Part shown: piece after piece, positions 1-11,894 of the stretch
Layout of the letters: each line of letters opens with the position of its first letter
How positions within the stretch are numbered: the stretch's first letter is position 1
NCBI GenBank assembly: GCA_963847445.1
Contig: CAWJZV010000004.1
Span: forward strand, 96,001-160,000
Source of the DNA: an uncultured delta proteobacterium
GTDB lineage: Bacteria > Desulfobacterota > Binatia > UBA9968
Reading direction: 5' to 3'
DNA length: 64,000 nt
Made by a program: the position numbers and the translations under genes
The notes under the pieces: model-generated
Told to the model about the DNA's origin: nothing
Databases searched by the model: none
The model's input: only the letters and a program-made list of their open reading frames with translations

Positions 1-1724
1 TTCCGCGCCAACGAGCATGTCGCCGAACGGGTCATGGATTCCATGGATCTCGAGCGCGAACGCGGCATCACGATCATGGCGAAGAACACCACGATCCATT
101 ACGCCAAGGTCAAGATCAACATCGTCGACACTCCCGGCCATGCCGACTTCGGCGGCGAAGTGGAACGCACCTTGGCGATGGTCGACGGCGTCATGCTGCT
201 GGTCGACGCCTCGGAAGGGCCGCTGCCGCAGACCCGCTTCGTTTTGAAGAAAGGCGCTTGAAGCCAAACTCACGCCGATCGTCTGCATCAATAAGATCGA
301 CCGGCCCGACGCGCGCATCGCCGAGGTGCTCGACGAAATCTATGATCTGTTCATCGATCTCGACGCCAGCGAAGACCAGCTCGATTTCCCGGTGGTCTAT
401 ACCAACGCCCGCGCCGGCACCGCGACACTCGATTTGAAACAGCCCGGTGAAAATTTGAAGCCGATGTTCGAGCTGATCGTCAACACACTGCCCGGGCCCG
501 AGCTACGACCCGGCGATGCCGACGCAATTCCAAGCCAACAATCTCGATTACAACGACTACGTCGGCCGGCTCGCCGTCGGCCGAGTGAAAAACGGCACGC
601 TCGCGCCCGGGCAATATATGCTTTGCCGCGTCGGCGGCAAGCAAGAGGTGGTCAAGATCACCCAGGTCTACGGCTGGCAGGGGCTCAAGCGCGTCGAAGT
701 CGCGTCCGTGCAAGCCGGCGACATCGCCGCCATCGCCGGCATCGAGGACATCGGCATCGGCGATACCATCACCGACCGCGAAAAACCGCAGGCGCTGCCG
801 CCGCTGCGCATCGACGAACCGACCATCGCCATGCTGTTCTGCGCCAACAATTCGCCCTGGTCCGGCCGCGAAGGCGAACATGTCACCTCGCGCAAGCTGC
901 GCGAACGATTGTTCTTCGAAGCCCGGCGCAACGTCAGTCTGCGGGTCGAGGAAACCGCCCAGCCGGATGCCTTTCAAGTCACCGGCCGCGGCGAATTCGC
1001 CCTGGCCATCGTCATCGAGACCATGCGCCGCGAAGGCTACGAGATGATGGTCTCCAAGCCCACCGTCGTCACCCGCGAGATCGACGGCGTGATCCATGAA
1101 CCGATGGAACTCTTGGTGATCGATATTCCCGAGGATTTTATCGGCGTGGTGTCGCAGCTGCTGGCCATGCGCAAGGGCAAGATGACCAAGATGATCCACG
1201 CCGGCACCAGCCGCGTGCGTTTGGAATTCGCCGTGCCGTCGCGCGGCCTGATCGGCTTTCGCTCGCGCTTTCTCACCGACACCCGCGGCACCGGCATCAT
1301 GAACGCGCTGTTCAACGGCTGGGAACCCTGGCATGGCACGATTCAATCGCGCACCAACGCCGCCATGGTCGCCGACCGCGAAGGCTCCGCCCCGCCCTAC
1401 GCGATTTATCACTTGCAAGAACGCGGCGTCATGTTCATCGCGCCGGGCACCAAAGTCTACGAAGGCATGGTGGTCGGCGAGTACTCGCGCGAAAATGACT
1501 TGAACGTCAACGTCTGCAAAGAGAAAAAGCTCACCAACATGCGCGCGTCGGGCAAGGACGAAAACATCATCATCTCGCCGCACCGCGAGATGGGGCTGGA
1601 AGCCGGCTTGGAATGGATCTCTGACGATGAGTTGGTCGAAGTCACGCCGCAGTCCATCAGACTGCGCAAGAAGATTCTCAAACAAGCCGACCGGCCACGC
1701 CGCCGCCACGAGGAGGAAGATTAG
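1..1724 (+). CDS. typA: Translational GTPase TypA/BipA (5'-truncated by window; frameshifts near 255 and 515)
   Basis: [67 protein letters not shown] and ELVEVTP..IRLRK motifs spread over ORFs 34-261, 326-, 516-1724. Confidence 0.97.
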
Positions 1725-1751
1725 CCTGTATGAGTCAACTTGGCGCGTAGC

Positions 1752-1895
1752 TTAGCCAGCGAACACGCGTCGCAGCTGAGCGGCCTGCTCGTTACGGCTG
1801 TAATCAAACTGCAATTCCCCAGTGAACTGAATCCAAGCGTCCTGATGCTGCCCAAGGTTGGCTTCGGAAACTGCCGCCGTCTCGAGCGTCCTCAC
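1752..1895 (-). other. Possible 47-aa ORF or gene remnant (MRTLETAAVSEANLGQHQDAWIQFTGELQFDYSRNEQAAQLRRVFAG)
   Basis: Open frame GTG..TAA read by hand in the gap between convergent genes; no recognised family. Confidence 0.25.
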
Positions 1896-1953
1896 ATACC
1901 TTTTAGCGGTTCAAATGGAGTTGTGAGAAAAGGCTCTCGCGGGCGTCTGGTCT

Positions 1954-2972
1954 TCAGCGCTCAATGTTCATTTCGCCGCCGGCTCCACCCCACAGCTTGT
2001 CCATGAACCCGCTCTTCTCCAATTCGTCCAAGTAGCGCCGGTCATAAAGCTCCTGCGGTTTGAACTTCTTCGCCCGCGCATCGGTCGGCGCGATGTCGTC
2101 GAGGATCGCTTGCACCGCTTCGAGGCGCAGCTCCATGCGCGGTTCGAGGGATTTGATCTCGGCATTGTAGGCCTGGTCGAGCACTTTGCGGTCGCTCGAT
2201 GCGCAGGTATTTGCTCAGGACTTTGAAGACTATTTCTTTGTCGCTGTGCAAAATCTTCGCGGCCTCGGCCATGGCGCGCATGAAGCGGCCAAGCAGCGGT
2301 GAGTTCTGGGCGATAAACGAGCGGCGCGTGATAAACGACACGGCAACATGCGCGATGCGCAGATCGGGGCCGTAGACAACATACTGGTAACCCTGGGAGA
2401 TCGGCGCGGGCGTCCCAAGGCGCCGACATGGTGCCGGCGTCGATGGCGCCGGAGAGCAGCGCCGCCAACATCTCCGGCGCGCCGCCGGTCTGCACCATCG
2501 CATAGTCCCGTCCCGCTTCCATGCCGCGCCGCTTGAACGCTTGGAGCGCGAAATAGTGGGTGGTCGCGCCGATGCGCGTGACGCCGATCTTCTTGCCGCG
2601 CAGGTCTTCCAGCCGTTTGATTTCCGGCTTGGCGAGAATGCTTTGAGTCAAATGGTTCTTGATGCCGGCGATGAATACCAGATCGTTGTTGCCGCCCACC
2701 ACCGTGCGCACCAGACCGACGCCGCCGTCGATCATTAACTGCGCCTCGCCGCCCAACATCGCCGCCGTTGCCAACGGCGAGGTGCCAATGTAGACCAGCG
2801 GAAATTCCAAATTGTATTTGCGAAAAATGCCGGTTTCCTCGGCGATCCACGGCATCGACTGCGACATGACCCGCGCCGACTGCACGCCGATCAAGCGATC
2901 CGCCGCTGACAGCAGACGGCCCTCAGCAAACGTGAACACCAGCAGGAACAATGGCAGCAAGATTACCTTCAT
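1954..2972 (-). CDS. ABC substrate-binding protein, TauA/SsuA/NMT1-like (frameshifted)
   Basis: Signal peptide MKVILLPLFLLVF, WIAEETGIFRKYNL, LRGKKIGVTRIG, C-terminal YLDELEKSGF; split over three ORFs. Confidence 0.88.
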
Positions 2973-3264
2973 GATTCCCCCTTTCCCAAGAAACCAGCGA
3001 TAATGGTGAAGAGTTTTGACGGTTTTCGGCTGAGCTTTTTTGCCAGCTGTTTGGCGGTGACCCGGTACTTGAACGCCTTGCGTCCGTCGATGAAAAGCAC
3101 CGGCACTTGGTCGGCGGAATTTTTCGCGCAACTCCAACGAGCCGATCGACGTCGATCTCGTCAATTTCGAGCGGCAGATCGGCCGCGACTTGTCGAATCA
3201 CCGCCTTCATCTCGTCGCACAGGCAACAATCCTTGCGCGAATATAGCGTCAACTTGGCCGTCAT
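2969..3264 (-). CDS. Glutaredoxin-like protein (DUF836-type; frameshifted)
   Basis: LTLYSRKDCCLCDEMK (CxxC), then VPVLFIDGRKAFKYRV in another frame; its TGA overlaps the next ATG. Confidence 0.85.
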
Positions 3265-6200
3265 TTGACCGGTGACTTGGCAGGTTCGTTAGGTTCTTGT
3301 TTTTTCTCGGTATCACCGAGCGTGAGGATGCTTTTGGGGATGCCGAGAACGCTCCAAAACATTTCGGATAAAGTTCCTAACGGCATCGCCGTGATGGTCG
3401 GCTCTTCGATACGACCCTTGATGCTAAAACTGCCGACCAGGAAGGAATTCATGATGGCGGCGACGCCTCGGCCTAAGAATCGGCACTTGATTGAACGCCG
3501 ATTCGATGCCGGCGAAGGGCCGCACGGCAACCACCAGATCGATCTCATCGTTCGGCACATCGATCTTGCCGGCGCCGGTCATGCGCAAGTCGTTGCTGTC
3601 GACGAGCAAATTTTCCGTTGCGTAGATACCTTTGGTCACTTTGAAGTCGGCGGTGATGGCGCGGAAGCGAATCCCCTGTTTGGTCAGATCGGGCAACTGC
3701 AAGGTAAACCAGCGCGACAAGATCGAGCAAGTTGAGAATTTGCACGAGAGCGCGCATCCGGTTGATCGTGCCGTCCTCGATGCGCAGGTTGAACGTGCCG
3801 TTTATGTTTTGCTTCAGTTCAGCGTCGTTAGTTGCCGGTCGTCTCCAGATTGCCGGTGAGATTCACCCGCCCAGTCATATCGGTATTGGTGATATTGAAC
3901 CAGCGCAGAAACGATTCCACCGGCACGGCTTGAATTTTTGGCAGCGCGACAATTCCCAGGCTATCCGGCCGGTCGAAAATCGTCGTCCCGCCGACGATGG
4001 TGCCGCCGGCGGAGCGCGCGTTCAGATTGGTCAATCGCCAGACCCGCCGGTCGATGGTCGCATCGGTCTTCATGTCGCTGAACTCGAAGTTCCTGATCCG
4101 GCCTTTGGCCAAGGCAATTTTCCCCTCGGCCTGAAGATTTGCGTAAAACTCGCTGGCCTCGGCGTCAATTTGCGAAATCAAATAAGTCACGTCCAAATTG
4201 GGCGCGGCGAAGTCGAAGAGCAGCGGCGGCTTCTCGGCGTAGCGCCAGCGCCCGCTAGCGCTTGCCGGAACCCCGACCAGCAGTGCCTTGAGATTGTGAA
4301 AATCGATCCCCGACTCGTCGATCTCGATCTTGCCGTTAAGCTCGCGCAGCGGCTGCAAGAGCGGTTTCACCATCAGCTGGACGTTGACCAATTCCAAATC
4401 GCCGGTGAACTTGCGTCTGCTCTTGTCGAGCGAGCGCGCCGCGGTAGCGCACCGCGCCACGGATAATCCCGGGATCGTTGAGCGAGCCCTGGTCGAGCAA
4501 GATCTGCGTGATCACGCCGGCGCGCACGCCGGTGGATTCGACGCCCAGGTCAAAGGTGCCGTCATCCGCGCCGTAATCATTGAGCGCCAATTGCAGCTGC
4601 ACCGGCGCGCCTCTCAGTTGCGCGCGGATCTTTTCGCCCTTGATCTCCTTGGGCGAGAAGGCGATCTCTCCCTTGATCTCGCTCAAGGCATAGTCGTCGT
4701 AGCGCAGCCGGGCTTTGTCCAAGGTGACTTTGCCGGCGAATTGTAGCGGCTCGTTAGCGGCCCGTTTCACGGTCAAATCGACGCGGCTGCGGCCATCGAG
4801 TTCGTCAATCGAAGCGGCGATCTTGGCGGTGCGCTCGGAAATAAATTCGGCTTTCAGCTGATTACGCAGCTCGGCCAGATTGAAATCACCGCGAGCCGCG
4901 AGCTCGAGCCCGCCGCGTCCGCTCGGCGTCAAATCATAGCTGGCATCGACATCGTGCAATTGGGAATCGCCGTAGGCGCCCTTGAGATCGCGCACGGTTA
5001 ACCGGCCGTCTTGCAAACTCACCCGCCCTGAACGCCGCGCAGCGGCAACGTGCCGCGCGCGGCAAGACTGCCGGAGACGTCGCGCAATTCGGCGTCGAAC
5101 CAGAGCTGTTTGCCGATACCCGTCTGCGCCAAGCGGCGCAGTTCGCCGAGTGTGGCGTTAACACCGGCGCTTTAAGCTCCACTTGCCCGCTCTGGATCGA
5201 GCTCAGGCTCTTTTCCCACAGTGGCGATTCGATGATTCTCAATGGCAAGTAGCGGCGCAGCGTCGTCAGCGGCACCGACAGCTCCGAGAGCTGCAACGAT
5301 AGCCGCGGTTCCGCGCTTTCAATCGCGTCGATACTGCCGGCAAAGGCGAACTTGACATCGTCGATGCGCAGACTCGGCGCGCTTGATGGTCAATTTTTCC
5401 CGACTCCACTCGGCCTCGAAGCTGGTCCGGCCGTCCGCGCCGGTCAACGGGGCGAGTCAGCAGTTCCGGCGCGTCGACCGAGATCTGTTTGAATTCGATA
5501 TCGCCTTTGAGTCGCAGCTGCTTCTCGGGATAGCCTTCGACATGGAGCCGCTGGGCGAGATGACCGCTCGCCGACTTGATCGGTAAATGCTCGCCGAGAT
5601 GGACTTGAATCAGCGACGCCGGAAAATCGACGAGATCGATATCGGCGTACCAGTGCGCTTGGTGAAAATCCAGAGCTTCCTGCGGAAACACCAACCGCCC
5701 GGAGGCCTTGAGCTGCATCGGCGCATGGTCTTTTTCTACCTGGCTGTTAAGTTCGAAATGCAGCGCCGCACCGGTTGATTTCCGCCGACGGGCGCGCGAT
5801 CAGATCCTTCATGAACTCGCGCAGCCGCTGGCCGCGCACGCGTTCGACCGTGACGTCGGCTTGGCGTAAGCGCCATTCGCCCAGGCCGGCACGCTTACGC
5901 CGATCCGACGTAATCGATGGCACCGTTGCGGATCTTGACGGTTTGCAGATCCAGACTGAACTGCTCACCGGGGCGTTTGAGCATCGGCAAATTCATCAGC
6001 TTTTCGAGCAGCGGAATGCGCCCCTCGGCGTCGCCGACCAGCGCGATGGTCGGCCGCTGCAAGCGAATTTCATAAAATATCACTTGACGCTGCAGCAACG
6101 GCAGCAGCGCCACTCGCGCCGTGACCCGCTCGGCGGCGATCTCCGGCGTAGCGCTGTCCGGCATGGCGATGGCGACATCGCGAAATGCTATTCCCGTGAC

Positions 6201-6386
6201 CCAACCGATTTCAATGTCCGCGGCGCCAACACCAACCTTGAGCGCGGTGTTTTGTTCGATCTCGTCGATGACAAAACTGCGGAATTCGCCGACTCGAACC
6301 AGATGGTAAAATGCCACGGCGCAAACAATGAAAAAAAGCACGGCGGTAATGCCGATGAACGCGCCGATCTTGAGGAGTGTTTTCAT
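3261..6386 (-). CDS. AsmA/YhdP-like bridge-like lipid-transfer protein (many frameshifts)
   Basis: N-terminal TM anchor plus AsmA-like start (RVTARVALLPLLQRQV..EIRLQRPTI), repeated beta-strand segments, AsmA_2-like C-terminus (G..ATENLLVDSNDLRMTGAGKID; FSIKGRIEEPTI). Confidence 0.82.
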
Positions 6387-6646
6387 GTGTAAACAAAGAC
6401 GCGCTTCAATCGCTTCGGGCGGTTGCTCTCCTCGGTGGGAACGCGGAACGCTAAACCATCGTCAATGCTAAAGCAAGTTCACTGCAGTCGCAAGCGTCAT
6501 GCGGCGCCAACGCAGTCCTCAAAGTTACTATTGCTGAGTTCGCGCAAAGGGCAAAATACAGCGCATCGGTGCGCGGCTCTATCGATTTGCATAGTTTTGC
6601 AATCGTTCACCGCCGCGGCGATTCTTGCCCGGCGCCAATTCTTGCC

Positions 6647-6675
6647 TTGACAGCCCTAGATGAACTTGTTAGATA
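6647..6675 (+). promoter_or_regulatory. Putative sigma-70 promoter of the HTH gene
   Basis: TTGACA-N17-TAGATA upstream of GGAGAG RBS; the -10 match is weak. Confidence 0.4.
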
Positions 6676-6719
6676 AAACGAACTTTTTCGCCTACTGGTG
6701 TTTACCACAGGGAGAGTCT

Positions 6720-6914
6720 ATGGTGGATCGAGAAGAAGAACTGCTCAACAGCAAACAAGTCGCCGTGATTCTCGACATGAGTCCGGACACTGTCAATGAA
6801 TTTGCCCGAAAAAACATTCTCCCGGCCTTCAAAAAGGGCAAGCAATGGCGATTTCGCAAGCGCGACATTTCAATTTTCTACAAGAAACAACCGAAGGATA
6901 TCCGCGACGCCTAG
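6720..6914 (+). CDS. Small excisionase-like (HTH_17) DNA-binding protein
   Basis: LLNSKQVAVILDMSPDTVNEFARKNILPAFKKGKQWRF pattern; GGAGAG RBS before ATG 6720. Confidence 0.85.
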   Translation: MVDREEELLNSKQVAVILDMSPDTVNEFARKNILPAFKKGKQWRFRKRDISIFYKKQPKDIRDA

Positions 6915-6943
6915 TCGGACGTGGTTGATTGGGGTTGGGGCGC

Positions 6944-7601
6944 ATGGCTGAAATCGAGGCGCACGAGAGCAAACTTTACGGAGAGTTCGCCCCGCTATAC
7001 GACAAAATCTTCGGCAAGATTTTCTACAGTCGCTCGAACGGGTGATTGAGATCTCGGCATTCCCGCGGGCGCGAAGGTTCTCGAGGTCGGCGCCGGCACG
7101 GGCACTTCGTTTCCCGCCTATCCCACTCATTGCGAATGTTACTGGCATCGACTTGGCGCCGGACATGCTCGCGCGCGCGCGGCAAAAAATCGTCGACAAC
7201 GGCTGGCACCATTTCAAAGTCATCGAGATGAATGCCCTCAATCTCAAGTTTCCCGACAATCGCTTCGACTACGTCATGGCGTTTCATGTCGTCACCGTGG
7301 TGCCCGATCCGGTGCGCATGATCGCTGAGGCCAAACGGGTCTGCAAGCCGAGCGGCAAGATCGTTATCGTCAATCACTTTACCAGCGATGTCCCGGTACT
7401 CGGCATCGCTCACTCGATCGATCGATCCGCTCACCCGCTGGCTCGGTTGGCGCACCGATCTCAAGCTTAAACCGTTTATCGCAACTCACTGGCCTGATCA
7501 TGGAAAAGGTTTACAAAATTAACAAGACTTCCCTCTACACCGTGGTCTTGGCCAGAAAACACTCCAACTCCAACGGTCACTATGTCGCGCGTGAACTCTA
7601 G
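6944..7601 (+). CDS. Class I SAM methyltransferase, phospholipid N-methyltransferase PmtA-like (frameshifted)
   Basis: FAPLYDKIFG, VLEVGAGTG, VTGIDLAPDML, HVVTVVPDP, RVCKPSGKIVIVNHF motifs across frames. Confidence 0.8.
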
Positions 7602-7780
7602 CCTAAGCGTGCATGGCCGCCGCCAATCGATGGCTTGACGGGGCCCGCGCCCACAAAATCGGCTGACAAGTTTGCCTAGAATCGAAACAACGCGGTTAGC
7701 AATTGTCTCCGGTGACCTGTGATGCAATCGTTATCGGACGTGGCGAGGCAGTAACTCACGAGGAGGGATCGTTGGATAAA

Positions 7781-7972
7781 TTATCGCGGCAGGTCTTTGG
7801 GATCCTTCTTCACTTCTTTTTCAGCTTCGTCGTCTTTTTCGGTAACGCCTTTTTTGAAATCCCGGATCGCCTTGCCGAGTCCGCTGCCGATCTGCGGCAG
7901 CTTACTGGGACCGAAAATCACCAGAGCGATCACGAGAATCACCATCAGTTCCGGCACACCAAGTCCAAACAT
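7781..7972 (-). CDS. tatA: Twin-arginine translocase TatA/TatE
   Basis: MFGLGVPELMVILVIALVIFGPSKLPQIGSGLGKAIRDFKK; AGGAGG RBS. Confidence 0.95.
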   Translation of the reverse strand: MFGLGVPELMVILVIALVIFGPSKLPQIGSGLGKAIRDFKKGVTEKDDEAEKEVKKDPKDLPR

Positions 7973-7980
7973 GAATCCTC

Positions 7981-9421
7981 CTAAGCTTTACGCTTCACGG
8001 CGAAGAATACCGCGTTATCGCCCCGCTGTACAAGCAGCAGGATACGGTCGCCGCGCCGGCCTTGCCGCGTCGCCCGTTCAAAATCTTTGACATTGGCCAC
8101 GGCGCGCTGGTTAACCTCGCGAATCACATCCGCCGGTTCGATGCCGACCAGGTCGGCCGGACTGCCCGGCTGCACCTCGACCACCAAGCACCCCTTTGGC
8201 TGAACTCAGACCCAAGCGCCGCGCCGCTTCCGGCGTGATGCGCTGCACCCGCAGACCGAGCTCGGCATCGCGCGCCTCGGCCTGCTGATTGACATCGGCT
8301 TCGTCGCCGAGTTCGCCGATGCGCACCGCGACGGTTTGCTCCTTTTTCTCGCGCAATATTTTGAGCGAAACTTTTTGCCCCGGCGCGATATCGGCAATCA
8401 CGCCGGGGAACTCATTGCTCTTGGGCACGGCTTTGCCATTGAACTCGACGATCACATCGCCGGTCTTGATGCCCGCTTCGGCCGCGGGGCTCTTATCGGC
8501 CACTTCGGTGACGATCGCCAGATCGGCGGCGGTTCGCGTGACTCCTAGTGAAGCGGCGATGGGCTGGCACTAAGGTCCTGGGCGCGCACGCCCAGCCAAC
8601 CGCGCACCACTTTGCCGTTTTTGCGCAACTGGTCCAAGACCTTTTTCGCCAGATCGATGGGAATCGCGAAGCCGATACCGACATTGCCGCCGGATTGACT
8701 GAAGATCGCGGTATTGACGCCGATCACTTCGCCGTCGGCGCTGATCAGCGGTCCACCGCTGTTGCCTGGGTTGATCGAGGCATCGGTCTGAATGAAATTG
8801 TCGTAGGGACCGGCGCCGATCACCCGCCCCTTGGCGCTGACGATGCCCGCGGTGACGGTATGCTCGAGACCGAAGGGGTTGCCGATCGCCATCACCCAAT
8901 CGCCGACGTCCAGCTGGCTCGAGTTGCCGAGCTTGGCGAAGGGCAGATTGCCGCCGGAGCGACGGATCTTGATCAAGGCCAAGTCGGTGCGATCGTCCTT
9001 GCCGATCAAGCGCGCTTCATGCTCGCTCTGATCCGCCAGTTTCACCTTGATCGTGTCGGCGCTGCGCACGACATGATAACTGGTGAGGATCTCACCGTCC
9101 CGGCTGATCAGAATCCCCGAGCCCAAACTGCGCGAGTTGTTCTCACGCGGCGCCGACTCGCCGAAAAACCGATTGAAGAAATCTTCGATGGGATCGTTGG
9201 AGCCCGAACGCGGCGAGCGTTGCGTCAGGGTCGAAATGTTGACCACCACCGGCATGGTTTTTTTGGCGATGCTGGCAAAGGACGGCGGACGGTTGCCGTC
9301 CAGAGCAGCCAGATTGGCGGCCTGTGCGTCGCCAGATCAGCTGCAGTCCGAACCCGCTCGAGCCATACAGCAGACTGGCGATCAAATACCGGCGCCACAG
9401 CGATCGATCCCGTGTAACCAT
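7981..9421 (-). CDS. Do/DegQ (HtrA) serine protease with two PDZ domains (frameshifted)
   Basis: SLGSG, TSYHVV (His), TDLALIK (Asp), IQTDASINPGNSGGPL (Ser), RGWLGV, PDZ segments. Confidence 0.93.
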
Positions 9422-9569
9422 CAGCGATAAATCCTCGATAGATCTCGACTCTGCCAGCACAATAGCAAATTTCCCGCGCGCGGTGAAACCGGCGGGCGAA
9501 AGGCCAAAACATTTGCAAATAACCATCTCAGTGTCTATGAAGTAACCAGCCCTAGCGTCGAAAGCAACC

Positions 9570-10922
9570 ATGAAACCCGCTCCCATCGATTACGACACCG
9601 TGCGCGAGATGCTGCGCACCGCGACGCCGGACCGCGTGCTGCGTTTCATCGGCAAAAGCCACCCCGCCGACATCGCCTTGCTATTCAAAGGGCTCGATTC
9701 AGCGGAAGTGCGCCAACTGTTCGACGTGCTGTTCTCGTCGCGCCGCGCCGCCAAGACGCTTAAAGAGCTGCCTTTCGAATTATTGCCCGACATTCTCGCC
9801 TTGATCGACGATGAGAAAGTCGGCCGGCTGATCGTGCGCGCCGACCCAGATGAGGCGGTCACCTTCATCGACAGCCTCCCCGACGAGCGCCGCGAGCGGG
9901 TCATGGCGCTGCTCGACCCGGAGCGCCGGGCCGCGGTACGCGAAATAATCAACTACCCAGAGGGCACCGTGGGCCGTTTGATGACCACCGACTTCATGGC
10001 GCTGCCGCCGGACGCCACCGCCCAAGGCGCCATCGATAAGATCCGCGAGCGCGGCGAACTCGAGAGCTTTTTCTATCTCTATGTCGTCGACAACGACGGC
10101 AAGCTGGTCGGCGTCGTGCCGATCCGCAACCTCGTGATCGCGCCGCCAGCACGCAAATTGCGCGACATGATGATCGCCGATCCGATCAAAGCCGATGTCT
10201 TCATGGATCAAGAGGATGCCGCGCGCATCGTCGCCAAGTACGAGCTCTTGGCGCTGCCGATCGTCGACGAAGGCGGCCGCTTGGAAGGCATCATCACCGT
10301 CGACGATGTCATCGACATCATCAAAGAAGAAAGCACCGAGGACATGTACAAGATGGTCGGCTTGGCCGAGGAAGACCGGGTCTTCACGCCGGTGTCGCGC
10401 TCGGTGAAAATGCGCCTGCCCTGGACCATCCTCAATTTGCTGACGGCAACGCTCGCCGCATCCATCGTCGGCCTCTTCGAAGGCACGCTTCATGAGATCA
10501 TCGCCCTGGTCACGTTCATGCCGGTGATCGCCGGTGTCGGCGGCAACGGCGCCACCCAGACCGCGACGGTGATCATTCGCGCCATCGCCCTGGGCGAGCT
10601 GGAGTTTTCCTCGGCCTGGAAGGCGGTGGTCAATCAAGTGTCGGTCAATATCTGCATCGCCATCGCCGCCGGCGCCATGATCGCCCTGGCGGCGATTTTG
10701 TGGAAGGGCAATCCTTATCTGGGACTGGTGCTCGCCGGCGCGATGTTATTGAATCTCGGACTGATGGCGGGCTTTGCCGGCGCGGTCATCCCCTTATTGC
10801 TCAAAGGCATGAAACTCGACCCGGCCCTCGGTTCCGGCATCATCGTGACTGGCCTAACCGATGCCTTTGGCTTTCTCTCGTTTCTCGGACTGGCGACGAT
10901 CTTCCGCAGTTATTTGATCTAG
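9570..10922 (+). CDS. mgtE: Magnesium transporter MgtE
   Basis: HPADIA N-domain, tandem CBS domains (GIITVDDV), RLPW, GGNGATQ, DPALGSG..VT..TD TM motifs. Confidence 0.95.
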   Translation: MKPAPIDYDTVREMLRTATPDRVLRFIGKSHPADIALLFKGLDSAEVRQLFDVLFSSRRAAKTLKELPFELLPDILALIDDEKVGRLIVRADPDEAVTFIDSLPDERRERVMALLDPERRAAVREIINYPEGTVGRLMTTDFMALPPDATAQGAIDKIRERGELESFFYLYVVDNDGKLVGVVPIRNLVIAPPARKLRDMMIADPIKADVFMDQEDAARIVAKYELLALPIVDEGGRLEGIITVDDVIDIIKEESTEDMYKMVGLAEEDRVFTPVSRSVKMRLPWTILNLLTATLAASIVGLFEGTLHEIIALVTFMPVIAGVGGNGATQTATVIIRAIALGELEFSSAWKAVVNQVSVNICIAIAAGAMIALAAILWKGNPYLGLVLAGAMLLNLGLMAGFAGAVIPLLLKGMKLDPALGSGIIVTGLTDAFGFLSFLGLATIFRSYLI

Positions 10923-11894
10923 ATCGTCTTCATCGGCAATCGCGCCGGCCGCTTTAGGCGACTTTTGCAATAAGAACAGGACGCCGCCGATTAAACTATC
11001 AAGGGCAACGATCAAGAACAGCAACAGACCGAAGGCGATGCCATTTTCACTGCTAATGCCAATCACGGCGAGCAAATAAATGTAACCTCCTTCGCGCAGC
11101 CCCAACCCATTTAAACTCACCGGGATCGCCGCAAAGGTTCCCACCAACGGATAGACGATGAGACAAAACGCAAGCGGCACCTCTAAACCGAGCGCGCGGC
11201 CCATCACAAGATGCATCCAGGCTTGAATTAAATGAGCGACCAGGGAGAGCGCAGCCGCGACCGCCAACGCGCGCCACTGGGTTCGATAACTGTGCAGGGC
11301 TAAGCGGATTTTGACGACCATCGGATGGCCGTCCTCGGGTAACACACGCCTGAGCAACGGCAGAAGCAAAACCGCGCCGACAAAACCCGCCGCGAGCAAA
11401 GCGTGATCGAACGAACCGTCGGCGGAACCGCGTACTCGGGAAACAACAGCAACCCCGCGGCGCCTAACCAGACCAACACGATCATACCGATGGCGCGATC
11501 CATCAGCACCGACATGGCGGCGTGCGTCGTCGTCACAGCGCGCCCCTTGGCGTGAGATTCTTGATCGCGCGCGAGGTAAACAACCCGGCTGACATCGCCG
11601 CCCACCGTGCCAGGCGCGAACAGATTGAAGAACATGCCGATCAAGTAATATTTGAGTAAATCTTGTGAACGGCGTCTCGATTCCCAACGGCCGCGCGAGG
11701 GCGGCCCAGCGCGCGGCACTAATCGCTTGGGTACACAGATAGATGACCAGCGCCAGCGCGATCCACCAATAATTCGCCGTCGCAAAGGTATGCAGAAAGC
11801 GCTCGGGATGAACTCGCGAAAGAAAATAAGCTAGCAGACCGCCGCTGACGAGCAGCTTCACTAACAAGATGAGAATCGGTTTGGCCTTTTTCAT
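10854..11894 (-). CDS. Lysylphosphatidylglycerol-synthase TM / flippase-like membrane protein (UPF0104; compensating frameshifts)
   Basis: RW..L, FFNLFAPGTVGGDVSR, SVLMDRAIG, IPVSLNGLGLREG. Confidence 0.85.
   Translation of the reverse strand: MKKAKPILILLVKLLVSGGLLAYFLSRVHPERFLHTFATANYWWIALALVIYLCTQAISAARWAALARPLGIETPFTRFTQILLDRHVLQSVRAWHGGRRCQPGCLPRARSRISRQGARCDDDARRHVGADGSRHRYDRVGLVRRRGVAVVSRVRGSADGSFDHALLAAGFVGAVLLLPLLRRVLPEDGHPMVVKIRLALHSYRTQWRALAVAAALSLVAHLIQAWMHLVMGRALGLEVPLAFCLIVYPLVGTFAAIPVSLNGLGLREGGYIYLLAVIGISSENGIAFGLLLFLIVALDSLIGGVLFLLQKSPKAAGAIADEDDLDQITAEDRRQSEKREKAKGIG

Noticed and set aside
240-520. Programmed ribosomal frameshifting in typA and other genes
   Set aside because: Indels are scattered over many unrelated genes with no shared slippery motif; sequencing error is simpler.
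480-1709. Long antisense ORFs (e.g. 480-1709, 33829-34773, 40280-41722, 46878-47843)
   Set aside because: They are shadows of GC-rich codon usage opposite well-supported genes and have no motifs.
6720-6914. Prophage or ICE excisionase
   Set aside because: No integrase, tRNA target or phage genes in the window.
7602-7780. Possible ncRNA between the pmtA-like gene and tatA
   Set aside because: No recognisable family motif or convincing stable structure by eye.
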